A stretch of DNA of 64,000 bases from an uncultured Planctomycetota bacterium (GTDB lineage Bacteria > Planctomycetota > Planctomycetia > Isosphaerales > Isosphaeraceae). Below, one piece after another: positions 1-10,291 of the stretch (position 1 is the first letter of the stretch; each line of letters starts with the position of its first letter). The translations under genes were made by a program, and so were the position numbers. A model generated the notes under the pieces. That model was not told the origin of the DNA. It worked only from the letters and a program-made list of their open reading frames with translations, and made no database searches. The stretch lies in the NCBI GenBank assembly GCA_963823665.1, contig CAWGMQ010000004.1:2144001-2208000 (forward strand). Reading direction: 5' to 3'.

Positions 1-2
1 GC

Positions 3-2687
3 AAGTACAGCGCCGAGGTCTCGCTCGAGGACTATCGCGAGGGGCTGAAGTCCGACGGGGCTTTGGCGACGCTCAATGCCGATGCCGCCGAGTTGACCGA
101 GGCCGACCTGAGGCGGGTGCACGACCCCGCCGTGGCGGCGACGATCGGCGAACAGTGGGCGTCATTGCGAGACGAGTCGGCCCGGCTGCTGCTACAGGTT
201 GCAAGTCTTTTTTCGGAATCGACCGCGGTGCCGATCGTGCGACTCGGCCTGCTGGCGGGTTTCAGTGACGAGGCGCGGCCGGGACGGCGCTCGCCGCTGC
301 GCCGTACGGCGCAGCGGCTCGATGACGCGTGTCTGATTGAGCGGTTGGAAGGGGACCAACTTCGGCTGCATCCGTTGATACGTGAGTTTGCTCGCGGTCA
401 GATGTCTGCGGACCAGATCGACCAATTCGTGTGCGCATGCCTGGCTCGCGTGGCCACGGCAATTGAAGAGTGTAAGACGCTCGAAGCGCTGTATGCGGAG
501 CGTGGGGTGGACTCTCTCCAGGAAGATCTGATCGCTTTCCTCGAATTGTGTAAGGTATCGGCTTCGGATCTCTTAGCCCGGCTCCAGATCGTTTTACGGC
601 TCATGCAGCAGGAGGCTCACAACCTTCGTGGTGGCCAAGCAAAAACCAGCCCGACGTATTTTGCTCAACAGGTCCGGAACCGGGCGGTGCTTTTGAGCAT
701 CGCCCCTCTTCGCGGAAGTGCAGAAGCACGACTCGCCGCGCTCGCCGAGCCGCACTTTGCATTGCAATGGACGGCGAGCCGTGAATCGCGAGATTTGATC
801 CGTACACTGACCGGCCACGGAGACTGGGTCAGCGCAGTGGCGGTGAGCCGCGACTCCCGTCACGCCTTCTCTGGTTCTGGAGACCGCACGCTGAGGTTGT
901 GGAATCTGCGAACGGGTCAACTCCTGCGCACATTCACGGGACACGAGCATACCGTGAAGGCTGTGGCGGTGAGCCCAGATGGCCGACAAGTTCTATCAGG
1001 TTCGCACGACTGCACGCTGAGACTTTGGGATGTGGAAACCGGTGGTCTTCTCAACACTTTCACAGGCCACGCGGGCATGGTGTTCGCGCTGGCGATGAGC
1101 CCCGACGGTCAACAGGCCGTCTCAGGCTCGCGCGATTGCACGCTCAGGCTCTGGGACCTGCAGACTGGCCAGCTCTTGCGCACCTGCGTGGGCCATGAAG
1201 ACGGGGTATGCGCGGTTGCGATTTGCCCAGACGGACGCCGTGCCTTTTCCGGTTCGCGCGATCGCACAGTGAGGCTGTGGGACCTTCAGACGGGTCGGCT
1301 CCTCCGTACCCTCACGGGCCATGACGATATGGTCTTCGCCGTGGCGGTTAGCCCCGATAGCCGGCACGGCCTCTCGGGCTCCGAGGATCGCACACTGAGG
1401 CTTTGGGACCTGCAAACCGGCCAGCTCCTTCGCACATTCGCTGGCCACGAAGGCGGAATAAATGCAGTGGCGATGAGCGCTGACGGCCGCCACGGCCTCT
1501 CGGGCTCCGAGGACCGCACACTGAGGCTTTGGGACCTACAAACCGGGCGGTTCCTTCGCACATTCGCCGGCCATGAGCATGGGGTGGGTGCAGTGGCGAT
1601 CGCTCCTGACGGGCGACATGTTCTCTCGGGGTCTGATGACCGCACCGTCAAGCTCTGGGATCTCGTGGCCGGCCACTCTCCACCGATCACCAATGGACAC
1701 GCCAGCGCTGTGAGCGTGGTGGCGATGAATCTGAATACTCGCCAGGCTCTCTCCGGCTCGCGCGATTGCACGCTTCGACTCTGGGACATGCGAACCGGCC
1801 TGCTCGTGCATTCGTTCAGCGGGCACGAGAGCGAAGTGAATGTAGTGACGATCTCGCCTGACGGACGTCATGCCCTATCCGGCTCCTACGACCGCACCCT
1901 CAAGCTCTGGGATCTGCGGACTGGCCAACTCGTCCGCACATTCGCAAGCCGCGAGGGTTCGTATGGTGTGATAGCGGCAAGCCCCGACGAACGCGATGCT
2001 CGCTCCGGTTCCCTGCACCACACCCTGAATTTTTGGGACCGTCGATACGGACGGTTAATGCGGACAATTCACCGCACGCTAAAGCTATCGGCGCTTCGGG
2101 CACTGCAACAATGGGTCCTCTTATTGAACCATTCGCAGTGGGTAAATGCCGTGGCTACAACTTCCAACGGCCGCTGCGCCCTCACGGGTGCGCAGGACGG
2201 CACACTCAAACTCTGGGATTTGCGGACCGGTTATCTCATTCGCTCTTTCGTCGGCCACACGAATGCTATTGCTACGGTGGTGGCGGCATCCGATGACCAC
2301 TTTCCTCCTTCTGGCTCCGAGGGCCACACGAATGCTATTGCCACGGTGGTGGTGGCATCCGATGACCACTTTGCTCTTTCTGGCTCCGAGGACCACACGC
2401 TCCGGCTCTGGGACCTCGTGACCGGCCAGCTCCTGCACACCTTTACTGGGCACACGGGCCCGGTGAGCGCTGTCGCGCTAACCTCGGACGGGCGTCATGC
2501 GGTTTCAGGCGCGCGCGACCGCACGCTTCGGCTCTGGGATCTAGAAATGCGAGTCTGCCGAGCCATTGTACCGCTTGAAGGTGCGCCTGCGTCGGTCGCG
2601 CTCGGGTCCGACGGCCAAACCATAGTCGTCGGTGATAGAATTGGGAATGTGCATTGCTTCCATATCTTGAGTCTTGGCGAGGGCTGA
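3..2687 (+). CDS. STAND/NB-ARC (APAF-1-like) WD40-repeat protein, 5'-truncated by the window edge
   Basis: The frame is open from base 3. It has a winged-helix-like LHPLIREFAR segment, a helical region (QQEAHNLR...FAQQVRNRA) and about 14 GH...WD repeats. The NTPase itself is not in the window, so the STAND call is inferred. Confidence 0.75.
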   Translation, partial: KYSAEVSLEDYREGLKSDGALATLNADAAELTEADLRRVHDPAVAATIGEQWASLRDESARLLLQVASLFSESTAVPIVRLGLLAGFSDEARPGRRSPLRRTAQRLDDACLIERLEGDQLRLHPLIREFARGQMSADQIDQFVCACLARVATAIEECKTLEALYAERGVDSLQEDLIAFLELCKVSASDLLARLQIVLRLMQQEAHNLRGGQAKTSPTYFAQQVRNRAVLLSIAPLRGSAEARLAALAEPHFALQWTASRESRDLIRTLTGHGDWVSAVAVSRDSRHAFSGSGDRTLRLWNLRTGQLLRTFTGHEHTVKAVAVSPDGRQVLSGSHDCTLRLWDVETGGLLNTFTGHAGMVFALAMSPDGQQAVSGSRDCTLRLWDLQTGQLLRTCVGHEDGVCAVAICPDGRRAFSGSRDRTVRLWDLQTGRLLRTLTGHDDMVFAVAVSPDSRHGLSGSEDRTLRLWDLQTGQLLRTFAGHEGGINAVAMSADGRHGLSGSEDRTLRLWDLQTGRFLRTFAGHEHGVGAVAIAPDGRHVLSGSDDRTVKLWDLVAGHSPPITNGHASAVSVVAMNLNTRQALSGSRDCTLRLWDMRTGLLVHSFSGHESEVNVVTISPDGRHALSGSYDRTLKLWDLRTGQLVRTFASREGSYGVIAASPDERDARSGSLHHTLNFWDRRYGRLMRTIHRTLKLSALRALQQWVLLLNHSQWVNAVATTSNGRCALTGAQDGTLKLWDLRTGYLIRSFVGHTNAIATVVAASDDHFPPSGSEGHTNAIATVVVASDDHFALSGSEDHTLRLWDLVTGQLLHTFTGHTGPVSAVALTSDGRHAVSGARDRTLRLWDLEMRVCRAIVPLEGAPASVALGSDGQTIVVGDRIGNVHCFHILSLGEG
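2253..2390 (+). repeat. 69-bp in-frame tandem duplication inside a WD40 blade
   Basis: ggccacacgaatgctattgc...tctggctccgag occurs at 2253 and 2322, giving GHTNAIATVVxASDDHF twice. Confidence 0.9.
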
Positions 2688-2690
2688 TCG

Positions 2691-5600
2691 ATGGAGGCTG
2701 CAACGGGCGAACGCGCCGGGGCAGCGGTCTTGATCGGGATCGGCGACTATTTGCTTGGAAAGCAGGTCTGGCCGCTGCGTTATGCTCGCGCGATGCAGAG
2801 GCGATGGCGGCTGTCCTCTCCGATCCCGATGTCTGCGGATTTCCTGCGCACAAGGTCAAGCTCCTCACCGATCAATCGGCCTCCCGCGACACGGTTGCCC
2901 ACCACCTTTCGAAGTGGCTACCCGAGCAAGCTCGCGGGGCAGAAATTGCGGTCATCTACTTTGCTGGCCACGGGATGATTCACCGGATCGGGCAGCGGGA
3001 GGAGGGCTATCTGCTCCCCTACGATGCCGATCCCGACGATCTGGAGACGCATGGCGTGCTCATGACCGATCTGGCCCGGTGGATCGAGGCGATTGATGCC
3101 GGGACGGTTATCGTCTGCCTTGACTGCTGTCATGCGGCAAAGGTCCTTCCGCGCGGGGTAGCTTCGGCACCGGCGACTGGGCGCAATATGCGGATCAGGC
3201 CGGCAATGCTCCAAGAATTGACGGGCCGAGGACGATACTTGATCGCGTCGTGCGACGATGGCCAGGTCTCACTCGAGTCGGACACGTGGGGGCATGGGCT
3301 TTTTACCTATCATCTTCTCGACGGCATCGGAGGCGCGGGCGATCGAGACGGTGATGGACGGATCGGCGTCGCCGAACTGTTCGAGCACGTGGCCGAGGCG
3401 GTGGAACGTGATTCCCGCGCGCTCGGGACGATCCAGAAGCCGTGGAGCTGCTCAATTGGATCTGGCGGCGTCTATCTGTCCGCTCCGCGTCGGAAGGGCG
3501 ATGCAGGGCGATCAAAACCCGCTCGGGCAATGTCTGTTACCGCCGCCGAGCGTCTATGCCGCGAGCAGGGTGCAGCGGCCACCATCGGCGAAATTGAGCG
3601 AACAATTGACTGGGCGGATGTCGGCCAGCTCGGGCTGATTGTTGACCTGCTGAGAGTGATTGAACACCCGGCGGCGATTCCTCTGCTATTCCGATGTCTG
3701 GCGCACGCGCGGGAGGAAGTCCGCACTCGGGCCAAGACGGTCGTGCGTACGATCGGCTGGGAGAAGGTGGCGGCTTTCATCGAAGTTCTCGCTCGGTGTG
3801 GCGACGACGAACAGTTTGGTGCGGTGCTCGATGGATTGGCCGCGTTCGAGGCTCACCGCGAGATCGTCACGTTGCTCGACCGGCTGGTGACCATGCTCAA
3901 AGGCGACCAGCGTAACCGGACAATCTTTCTGCTGGAGCGGAAGCACCAGTCCCTGGACCTCGAGCGCATAACGGAATTGTTTCGCGAGTCGCAAAGCCCT
4001 TACCAGATCCAGAAGGTTTTGGGCCAGGGGCTTTGTACGGCGGCTTACCTTGCGCGCGACGAGTCCAGCGAACTCGAGGTCGTGGTCCGCGTACTTCGCC
4101 CCGAACTGGCGAGCTCGCCGCAGATTCGGGCGCAGTTTCTGGACCTCTCGCGGCGGTCGCTCAAGCTCGTTCATGAGAACTTGGTTCTGACCCGGGAGGT
4201 CAAGGCTTATTCCGACCGACACATCTACTTCGCGGTGCGGGACTTTGTGGATGGAGTCACACTCCAGAAGCTGCTTGAATCGGGCCGCGCCTTCTCTCCG
4301 GATCAGATCATCAAGATTCTCCGGCAGGTTCTCCGAGCGCTCGTGCCGCTGCATGCCAAGGGGATTTTGCATGGGTCGATCAAGCCGTCCAACCTCTTTC
4401 TGTGCGGTGAGGATCGGGTGATCCTGGGGGATCTCGCCTTGCCGTTGCGTGGGTTTAGCGTGCAGCTCGACCGACTGTCGTACGATTACCGCTATGCGCC
4501 TCCGGAGATGTTTCGCGAGGACGGCGCACTCGGCCCCTGGTCAGACTTTTACGCCGTGGGCTGCGTGGGGTACGAGCTGGCGTGCGGAGCACCTCCGTTC
4601 GTATCTGACAATTATATCGAGCTGGCCGGGCGGCACGTCGGCGAGACAGCCGGCCCGCCCAGCGGGCGCGGTAGCAGGCTGGGCGCGGCCGGCGATGCCG
4701 TGCTCCTTCGTTTTCTGGCCAAGTCAACATCGGATCGACCGCAGATCCTGGGTGAGGCCCTTGAGTCCATCGACGAGCTGCATTCCGCTCTGTTCCCGAG
4801 GATGCAACCGAAATCTCCACCGGCACCGATTTTGGCGGACGCATCGCTGATTCGATATGTGACTGATGATGCTTTGTCTCTGGTTTCCTTCGCGTTTGAC
4901 GCGAGATCGGTTGAGGACACTACCACAAGCCGAATCACAGGAGTGACCGCGACGGGGACGGAACACACCCTTGCATTCGCGATTGATCCCGATGAGGAGA
5001 AATTAGCGCATCGATTCAAGGCAGACGGTTCTCGGATCGGAAGATACACAATCATCAAGGAGATCGGCAGAGGAGGTCTGGGAGCGGTGTATCTTGCGCA
5101 TGACGAACGTCTCCAACGGAACGTGGCCATCAAAGTCGTCGCTCGGGCGTACCACAGTGATTCCAGTTGGCGGAGTCGGTTCGAACGCGAAGCCACGCTG
5201 ATGGCCCGACTTGATCACCCGAGCATCGTCAGAATTCTTGACATGGGTGAGGAGGATGGCTCGTTTTACACCGTTCTCGAGCTCGTCTCGGGTGGGGACC
5301 TTGGGCACCAACTTCGGGATCGAGCCTGGCTGCCGGAGGAGGCAGCTCGGCTTATGGCAACGCTGGCGCGGGCAGTGGACAGTGTGCATTCTCATGGCGT
5401 CATCCATCGCGACCTGAAGCCTTCCAATATTTTGTTTGATATATCCGGAACGCCCAAGATCACCGACTTCGGTCTGGCCAAGCTGATCGGCGAACAGCAA
5501 GAGGATGCTGCGGAAACGACGGAAGGGATGGTCATGGGAACGCTAGCGTACATGTCGCCGGAGCAAGCCAGTGGAGAGATCGGCAGAATTGGTCCGGCAA

Positions 5601-5947
5601 CCGATATCCACGCTCTGGGAGTGATCCTCTATGAGCTGCTCGCCGGCCGTAGGCCATTCAAGAGTGGCACATCCTCGGAAATGCTGATGCAAGTGCGGGA
5701 ATACAAGCCCGAGCCACCGAGTCGGTGGCGTTCCGAAGTACCGCGCGACCTGGACGCGATCTGCCTCAAGTGCCTCGACAAAGAACCGGAACGACGATAC
5801 TCCACCGCGGCGGCCCTGGCCGACGATCTCGAGCGATTCATCGACGGGCAACCGATCATGGCGGGGCCACGTCCTGTTTGGGAGCGTCTGCTCCGTTCGT
5901 TCTGGCCCAGGAAGTCGCCGGGAGGCCAGGCTCGCCCTGAGAAATGA
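2691..5947 (+). CDS. Caspase (peptidase C14) - helical/HEAT-like region - pseudokinase - Ser/Thr kinase fusion; 1-nt frameshift near 2790
   Basis: The caspase N-terminus AVLIGIGDY...PLRYA (ORF 2691) continues as RDAEAMAAVL in the 2654 frame. Catalytic motifs YFAGHG and LDCCHA are present. Kinase 1 is degenerate (VVVRVL, HGSIKPSN, GDLAL). Kinase 2 is canonical (GRGGLG, VAIK, HRDLKPSN, DFG, YMSPE). Confidence 0.9.
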
Positions 5948-6228
5948 ACACATCTTAGCAGAAGGTCGAACCCGAAGGCCCGCTCGCCGACATAGACCTG
6001 CCCTATACTGTTGCGCAGGGCGACGGAGTGGAGTGATCCGCGCCGATCACGCCGCAGCCGACCAAGTCGTCTGAGAATCTCCGGGCTCGTCCCTATGTGT
6101 TTATGGGGGAAGTGGAGGCCAGATCCGGCAGTTCGGGTCGCTGTCCTCCGAATCGTCGGCGAGGTGAGGTCGTGCGCGTCACGGCTCAAACTGTCGGCCC
6201 CCGGAACCAAATCCAAGGAGAGACTCTC

Positions 6229-6630
6229 ATGCGCATCGCTCATGTCACAACGGATGAAGTCAATCAGGCACTGGCAGTTCACGCAGCGAAGTCACTTGGT
6301 GCCGACGTTACCCCGCTCGCTCCAGAGGACGTCGCAACCCGAATGCTGTTCGACGCGGTTCTCTACGATCTCGACCGCGTGTCGCCGAGCCGGCGACAGA
6401 CACTGCTCGCTGAGATTCGCTCGGAAAAGACTGGAGTCCCGATCGCCGTTTACGGCTATTGCCTCTCGGAGGATCAGGCGGGCAAGCTCCGATTCCACGG
6501 CGTCGCCGTGGCGCAACGGCTTCATGCCACGCTGATCCGAACCCTGGTGAATGCGGTCCGTCAGAACCTCGCCGCCGTGCCACCGGACGACGCGATCACG
6601 GACTTGACCTGGGTCAATGTCAACGCGTAA
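6229..6630 (+). CDS. Small atypical receiver-like protein
   Basis: AAGGAG RBS before ATG 6229. The alternating beta/alpha pattern with FDAVLYDLD and VPIAVYG resembles a CheY-like fold. Confidence 0.55.
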   Translation: MRIAHVTTDEVNQALAVHAAKSLGADVTPLAPEDVATRMLFDAVLYDLDRVSPSRRQTLLAEIRSEKTGVPIAVYGYCLSEDQAGKLRFHGVAVAQRLHATLIRTLVNAVRQNLAAVPPDDAITDLTWVNVNA

Positions 6631-6651
6631 CCCGCGTCGGGACCACGTTTT

Positions 6652-7761
6652 TCAGGGTTCAATCCTGACGATCCGGTTATTGCTGCTGTCGGCGATGTAG
6701 AGAAATCCATCCGGGCCGACCGTGACGCCGTGTGGCTGAGCCAGCTCGGCGTCGCGTGCCGGTCCGCCTATCCCGGCTGTTCCCTTACGGCCCGTGCCCG
6801 CGATTGATGTAATCGTTTTGCTCTGCGGATCATAAACGCGGATGCGGTGGTTCTCGGTATCGGCGATGATGACGCTTCCCCGAGGGGAGATACAGAGGTG
6901 TTTCGGGCCGTTCAGGCGCGCCAGGCGGGCGTCGCCGCCATCGCCCGAGTCACCGGGCTGACTGGTGCCGGCCAAAGTGCGGATCTTTCCGGATCGGTCC
7001 ACGACTCGCAGCGCATGGCCCGAGCGTTCCAGGATATAGAGGTTACCGCTGCCGTCGACCGCCACGGCTCTGGGATCGACAAGGGGTGCTGACCGGCCGT
7101 CGCTGCCATTCGAAGGCACACCCTTCTTGCCGTTTCCGGCCACGGTTGAGACCAGTTCTGTTTTCAGGTCGATCTGTCTGATCCGGCGGTTGTCGAGATC
7201 GGCCAAGGCGAGGGTTTGATTCGCCTCATCGAGCGCCAGGCAGTAGACGCCGCCAAACTCCGCCTGGATTGCCGGGCCACCGTCGCCCGAGAAGCCTTTT
7301 TTCCCGGTGCCGGCGAAGTTTGTGATCAGGCCGGACTGGGCGTCGATCTTGCGAATACGGTTGTTCCAGGTATCGGCGACGAAGATGTCGCCGTTCTTTG
7401 CAACAGCGAGGCTATGCGGGCCGTTGAGCTCGGCTTTGGCGGCAGGGCCCTGGTCGCCGCCGTTTCCCTCATGGCCAGAACCAGCCAGCGTGATAATGTG
7501 ACCATCCCGTCCGAGTTTTCGGAGGCGATGAGTGGTCATCTCGACAAAGAACAGCGTGCGCTGGGCGTCGAAGCCGATGCCGAAGGGGCTGACGAGGCTG
7601 GGCTCGGGCGTGGCGCTATCGCCGATGGTCTTACCGCCGGCAACGAGGGTGAGACGGTCTTCGGGCGGGCCGGGTTTGCCGAGGTGCATGCCGACGGGAT
7701 CGGAAAACTTATCGACGAATCCAAACACCAAGAGAACGATAAGAAGGCAGCTACTCTTCAT
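6652..7761 (-). CDS. Secreted NHL-repeat beta-propeller protein
   Basis: Signal peptide MKSSCLLIVLL with a GAGGAG RBS. Repeated GDGGPA..A.LNGP and ADTxNxRIR motifs. Confidence 0.9.
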   Translation of the reverse strand: MKSSCLLIVLLVFGFVDKFSDPVGMHLGKPGPPEDRLTLVAGGKTIGDSATPEPSLVSPFGIGFDAQRTLFFVEMTTHRLRKLGRDGHIITLAGSGHEGNGGDQGPAAKAELNGPHSLAVAKNGDIFVADTWNNRIRKIDAQSGLITNFAGTGKKGFSGDGGPAIQAEFGGVYCLALDEANQTLALADLDNRRIRQIDLKTELVSTVAGNGKKGVPSNGSDGRSAPLVDPRAVAVDGSGNLYILERSGHALRVVDRSGKIRTLAGTSQPGDSGDGGDARLARLNGPKHLCISPRGSVIIADTENHRIRVYDPQSKTITSIAGTGRKGTAGIGGPARDAELAQPHGVTVGPDGFLYIADSSNNRIVRIEP

Positions 7762-7986
7762 GGTCGCCGGTCTCCTCAATGGAGTTCGATCAGATTTTAA
7801 TCGCCTTGATCGCCTTAAAACCAATCTGCTCGATAACGTGATCTATCGTACAACGGATCGACGTGAAACGTAGATGAGCGACCGTGCATCGTTGACACGT
7901 TTTCGCTCTTGCTCGACACTGGCGAGGAAAGCCGCCTGGCACAGGCAACTTTGGAATCGCCGGCTGAACCACGGAAGCCAAACCTC

Positions 7987-8079
7987 ATGATCGGCAATAC
8001 GGTTGGCCACTACCGCATCACCGCCAGGCTGGTCGCGGGCGGGATGGGGGAGGTGTTCCTGGCGGAAGACACACGGCTC
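7987..8079 (+). pseudogene. N-terminal stub of a Ser/Thr kinase
   Basis: MIGNTVGHYRITARLVAGGMGEVFLAEDTRL corresponds to kinase subdomain I; similarity stops abruptly after it. Confidence 0.8.
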
Positions 8080-8813
8080 ACTTCGTCGGCGAACACTTCG
8101 GACTCGTCCCCGAGGCGACCGACCTGTCGATGGTCGCCCTCCAGAACCAGGTGGCTGCCCGATTCTGTGAAAACAAGCCGCTCCAGCGCCTGATCTGGAT
8201 TCCCAAAGGACTGCAACCCCGGGATGAGCGCCAGAGCTCGTTCATCCGTCAACTCGAGTCCGATCCCCGCTCCGTCATGGGGGCCGAGTCGATCGCCGAT
8301 ACGCTGGAGAACCTCAAGGTGCTGATGCAGACCCGGTGAGAGCGCGAGCAGGCCGAGCGCGACAAGCCGCCACCAAATCCTTCAACCGGCGGCGCACCCC
8401 GCGTGTACCTGATTTGCGATCAGAATGACGAGGCGGCTCTCGAGCCGCTCGAAGACTTCTTCTATGACCAGGGGATCGAAGTCAGCTTGCCGGGTTTCGA
8501 GGCGGAAGAACCCGAAGTCCAGCAGATCCACATCCAGAACCTCCGCGATTGTGACGCCGCCTTGATTTACTACGGATCCACCGGCATGCATTGGGTGGAC
8601 TTCAAGATTCGGGACCTGCAAAAAGCGGCCGGCTATCGGGATTCCCGACCCATTCCGGTGAGCGCGGTCTACGTCGCGCCGCCGTTCAACCACCGCAAGG
8701 AACGCTTCAAGAGCGTGTCGACCGAAGTGGTACGGCAGCCTGATGACAAGTTTGGGCCGGAATTGCTGACGGGCTTTGTCGCGGCCATTCGGAAAGTAAA
8801 GAATAAAGAATGA
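8079..8813 (+). pseudogene. 3' remnant of a TIR-like/DUF4062-like protein with an internal TGA at 8337
   Basis: One frame from 8079 (HFVGEHFGLVPE...) joins ORFs 8130 and 8403. VYLICDQND...NLRDCDAALIYYGSTGMHWV fits a TIR-like flavodoxin pattern. Confidence 0.65.
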
Positions 8814-8882
8814 AACGGGAAGCGAATTAGGTTCTGTTCGAGCTACAATCACAAGTCGAGCTGAAGGAGAGGAGGACGAGCC

Positions 8883-9176
8883 ATGCAAATCGCTGTCGTA
8901 ATTGAACCGGTGGCGGGAAACGGGTATCGGGCGCGGGGAGATTTACTCGGTCTCAGCGCCGAGGGCCCGACGCGGGAGGCTGCTCTGGAAAGTCTCCGCC
9001 ACCAGCTCCAGGATCGGCTTCGTGAGGGAACGGAAATCGTCGCGCTGGAAGTTGCTCCGCCGAACCCTTGGATGGAGTTCGCCGGTATGTTCAAAGGCAG
9101 CTCCATGTTTGAAGACGTGCAGCGGATTATGGCTGAGAATCGCCAACGGGACGAGGCCGATCCAGACTACCCATGA
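8883..9176 (+). CDS. HicB-like antitoxin
   Basis: Strong GAGGAGG RBS. The segment VVIEP..NGYRA...[15 protein letters not shown] is HicB-like. It overlaps the downstream PIN remnant at ATGA. Confidence 0.75.
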   Translation: MQIAVVIEPVAGNGYRARGDLLGLSAEGPTREAALESLRHQLQDRLREGTEIVALEVAPPNPWMEFAGMFKGSSMFEDVQRIMAENRQRDEADPDYP

Positions 9177-9343
9177 ACGCGCATCTGCTGGATACCCAGC
9201 TCAAGAAGATGAAGCTGAACGTCGGCAAGACAGACCTCCGCATCGCCGCCATCGCCCTTGAGGCGGGTGCAATCGTTGTCACTCGAAATCTTCGTGACTT
9301 CGGTCGCGTGCCCAATCTGCAGCTCGAGGACTGGAGCAAATGA
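9173..9343 (+). pseudogene. vapC: Internally deleted VapC/PIN toxin (56 aa; absent from the ORF track)
   Basis: The N-terminal PIN motif MNAHLLDT is joined directly to the C-terminal motifs [39 protein letters not shown]. Confidence 0.85.
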
Positions 9344-9399
9344 ACTCAATGGGCATGCAGGTTCCCAATCCGTTTCCCGGCTTAAGACCGTTTCGCAGC
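9340..9399 (+). pseudogene. Duplicated 5' stub of the STAND gene at 10292
   Basis: [20 protein letters not shown] matches [20 protein letters not shown]; both contain cccaatccgtttcccggc. Confidence 0.8.
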
Positions 9400-9525
9400 C
9401 CTCGACCTTGCCCGCGAGACAGTGAGCTGTTGACCCTGCCGGCGCAGACGACGCAGGTTGCGATCGGATATGGTGAAGAGCGATACGCTCGAGAAGCCGA
9501 CGCGAGGAAGGGCGAGATCGGCCCG

Positions 9526-9873
9526 ATGCCGCCAAACGAATAGTGTCCTCACTGTGGGACCATGGTGGAGGACTGGCACTTTGAGTGGTGTCCCGATGGC
9601 GCTGCTTTGTTGTTTTATCGTGGGAAAGCTGTGACTGATTGCCCCGTGTGTTTGACGCCGGTCTCCTACCAGGGCGGCACCTTTTCGGTTCCAACCGTAG
9701 CCGGTCTACCGCTGCTACGGAGGCAGGCGACCAAGGCAGCCCAGTGGAGGAAGAACAACGGAATAACTCTGGAGAAATACATCCAGGGCTGGTCAGCAGG
9801 TCAGCAGTACCTGAGCTATTTTAGCCAGGGCGCGATACAGCAAGCTGACCGCCACGCACAAGGAGCCCCATAA
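9526..9873 (+). pseudogene. Small Zn-ribbon protein (CPHC...CPVC) with an in-frame TAG at 9541
   Basis: ATG 9526 reads MPPNE*CPHCGT in frame into ORF 9562, restoring the first CxxC pair. Confidence 0.6.
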
Positions 9874-10175
9874 TGCCTCTGACCGATGCCGAGCTTGCAT
9901 TCCTGGACGCCTACGTTCACGAGCTGTATTCGGCCCCCATGACGGGACCGCACAGTCGGGCATTGCGGGAGTTGGGAGCCAGTCAGTGGGATCTGTCCTG
10001 GCTACTTACGGCCTGGCACCGGAGAGTCCTGGGCGATGGCAAAAGTCCGCTCGGTTCTGTGCACTCAGAGCCGGTGCCTCTGCCGTGGTCATCCAAGGAC
10101 GTCCTCCTCTCCAGAGGACGGCAGCTACGTGAGGAACTAGAGCGTGAGGAGCCGGCTCGGGCGGTTGCTGGCTGA
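9873..10175 (+). CDS. Hypothetical 100-aa protein coupled to the Zn-ribbon gene
   Basis: TAATG stop/start overlap and a protein-like helical sequence (MPLTDAELAFLDAYVHE). Confidence 0.65.
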   Translation: MPLTDAELAFLDAYVHELYSAPMTGPHSRALRELGASQWDLSWLLTAWHRRVLGDGKSPLGSVHSEPVPLPWSSKDVLLSRGRQLREELEREEPARAVAG

Positions 10176-10291
10176 TACGCCGACTTTGTCCTCCAACACG
10201 TCGGGTGGCGCCGAGGCGAGCGGCCCCTGCTGTGCGAGTACGCGACCGCGATCTCGAGGTCTTGGCGGTTCGCTAACGAAGAAAGAGAGCG

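Noticed and set aside
2654..2790. ORF-track N-terminus of the caspase fusion
   Set aside because: It overlaps the WD40 gene and lacks caspase strand 1, which is encoded from ATG 2691 in another frame.
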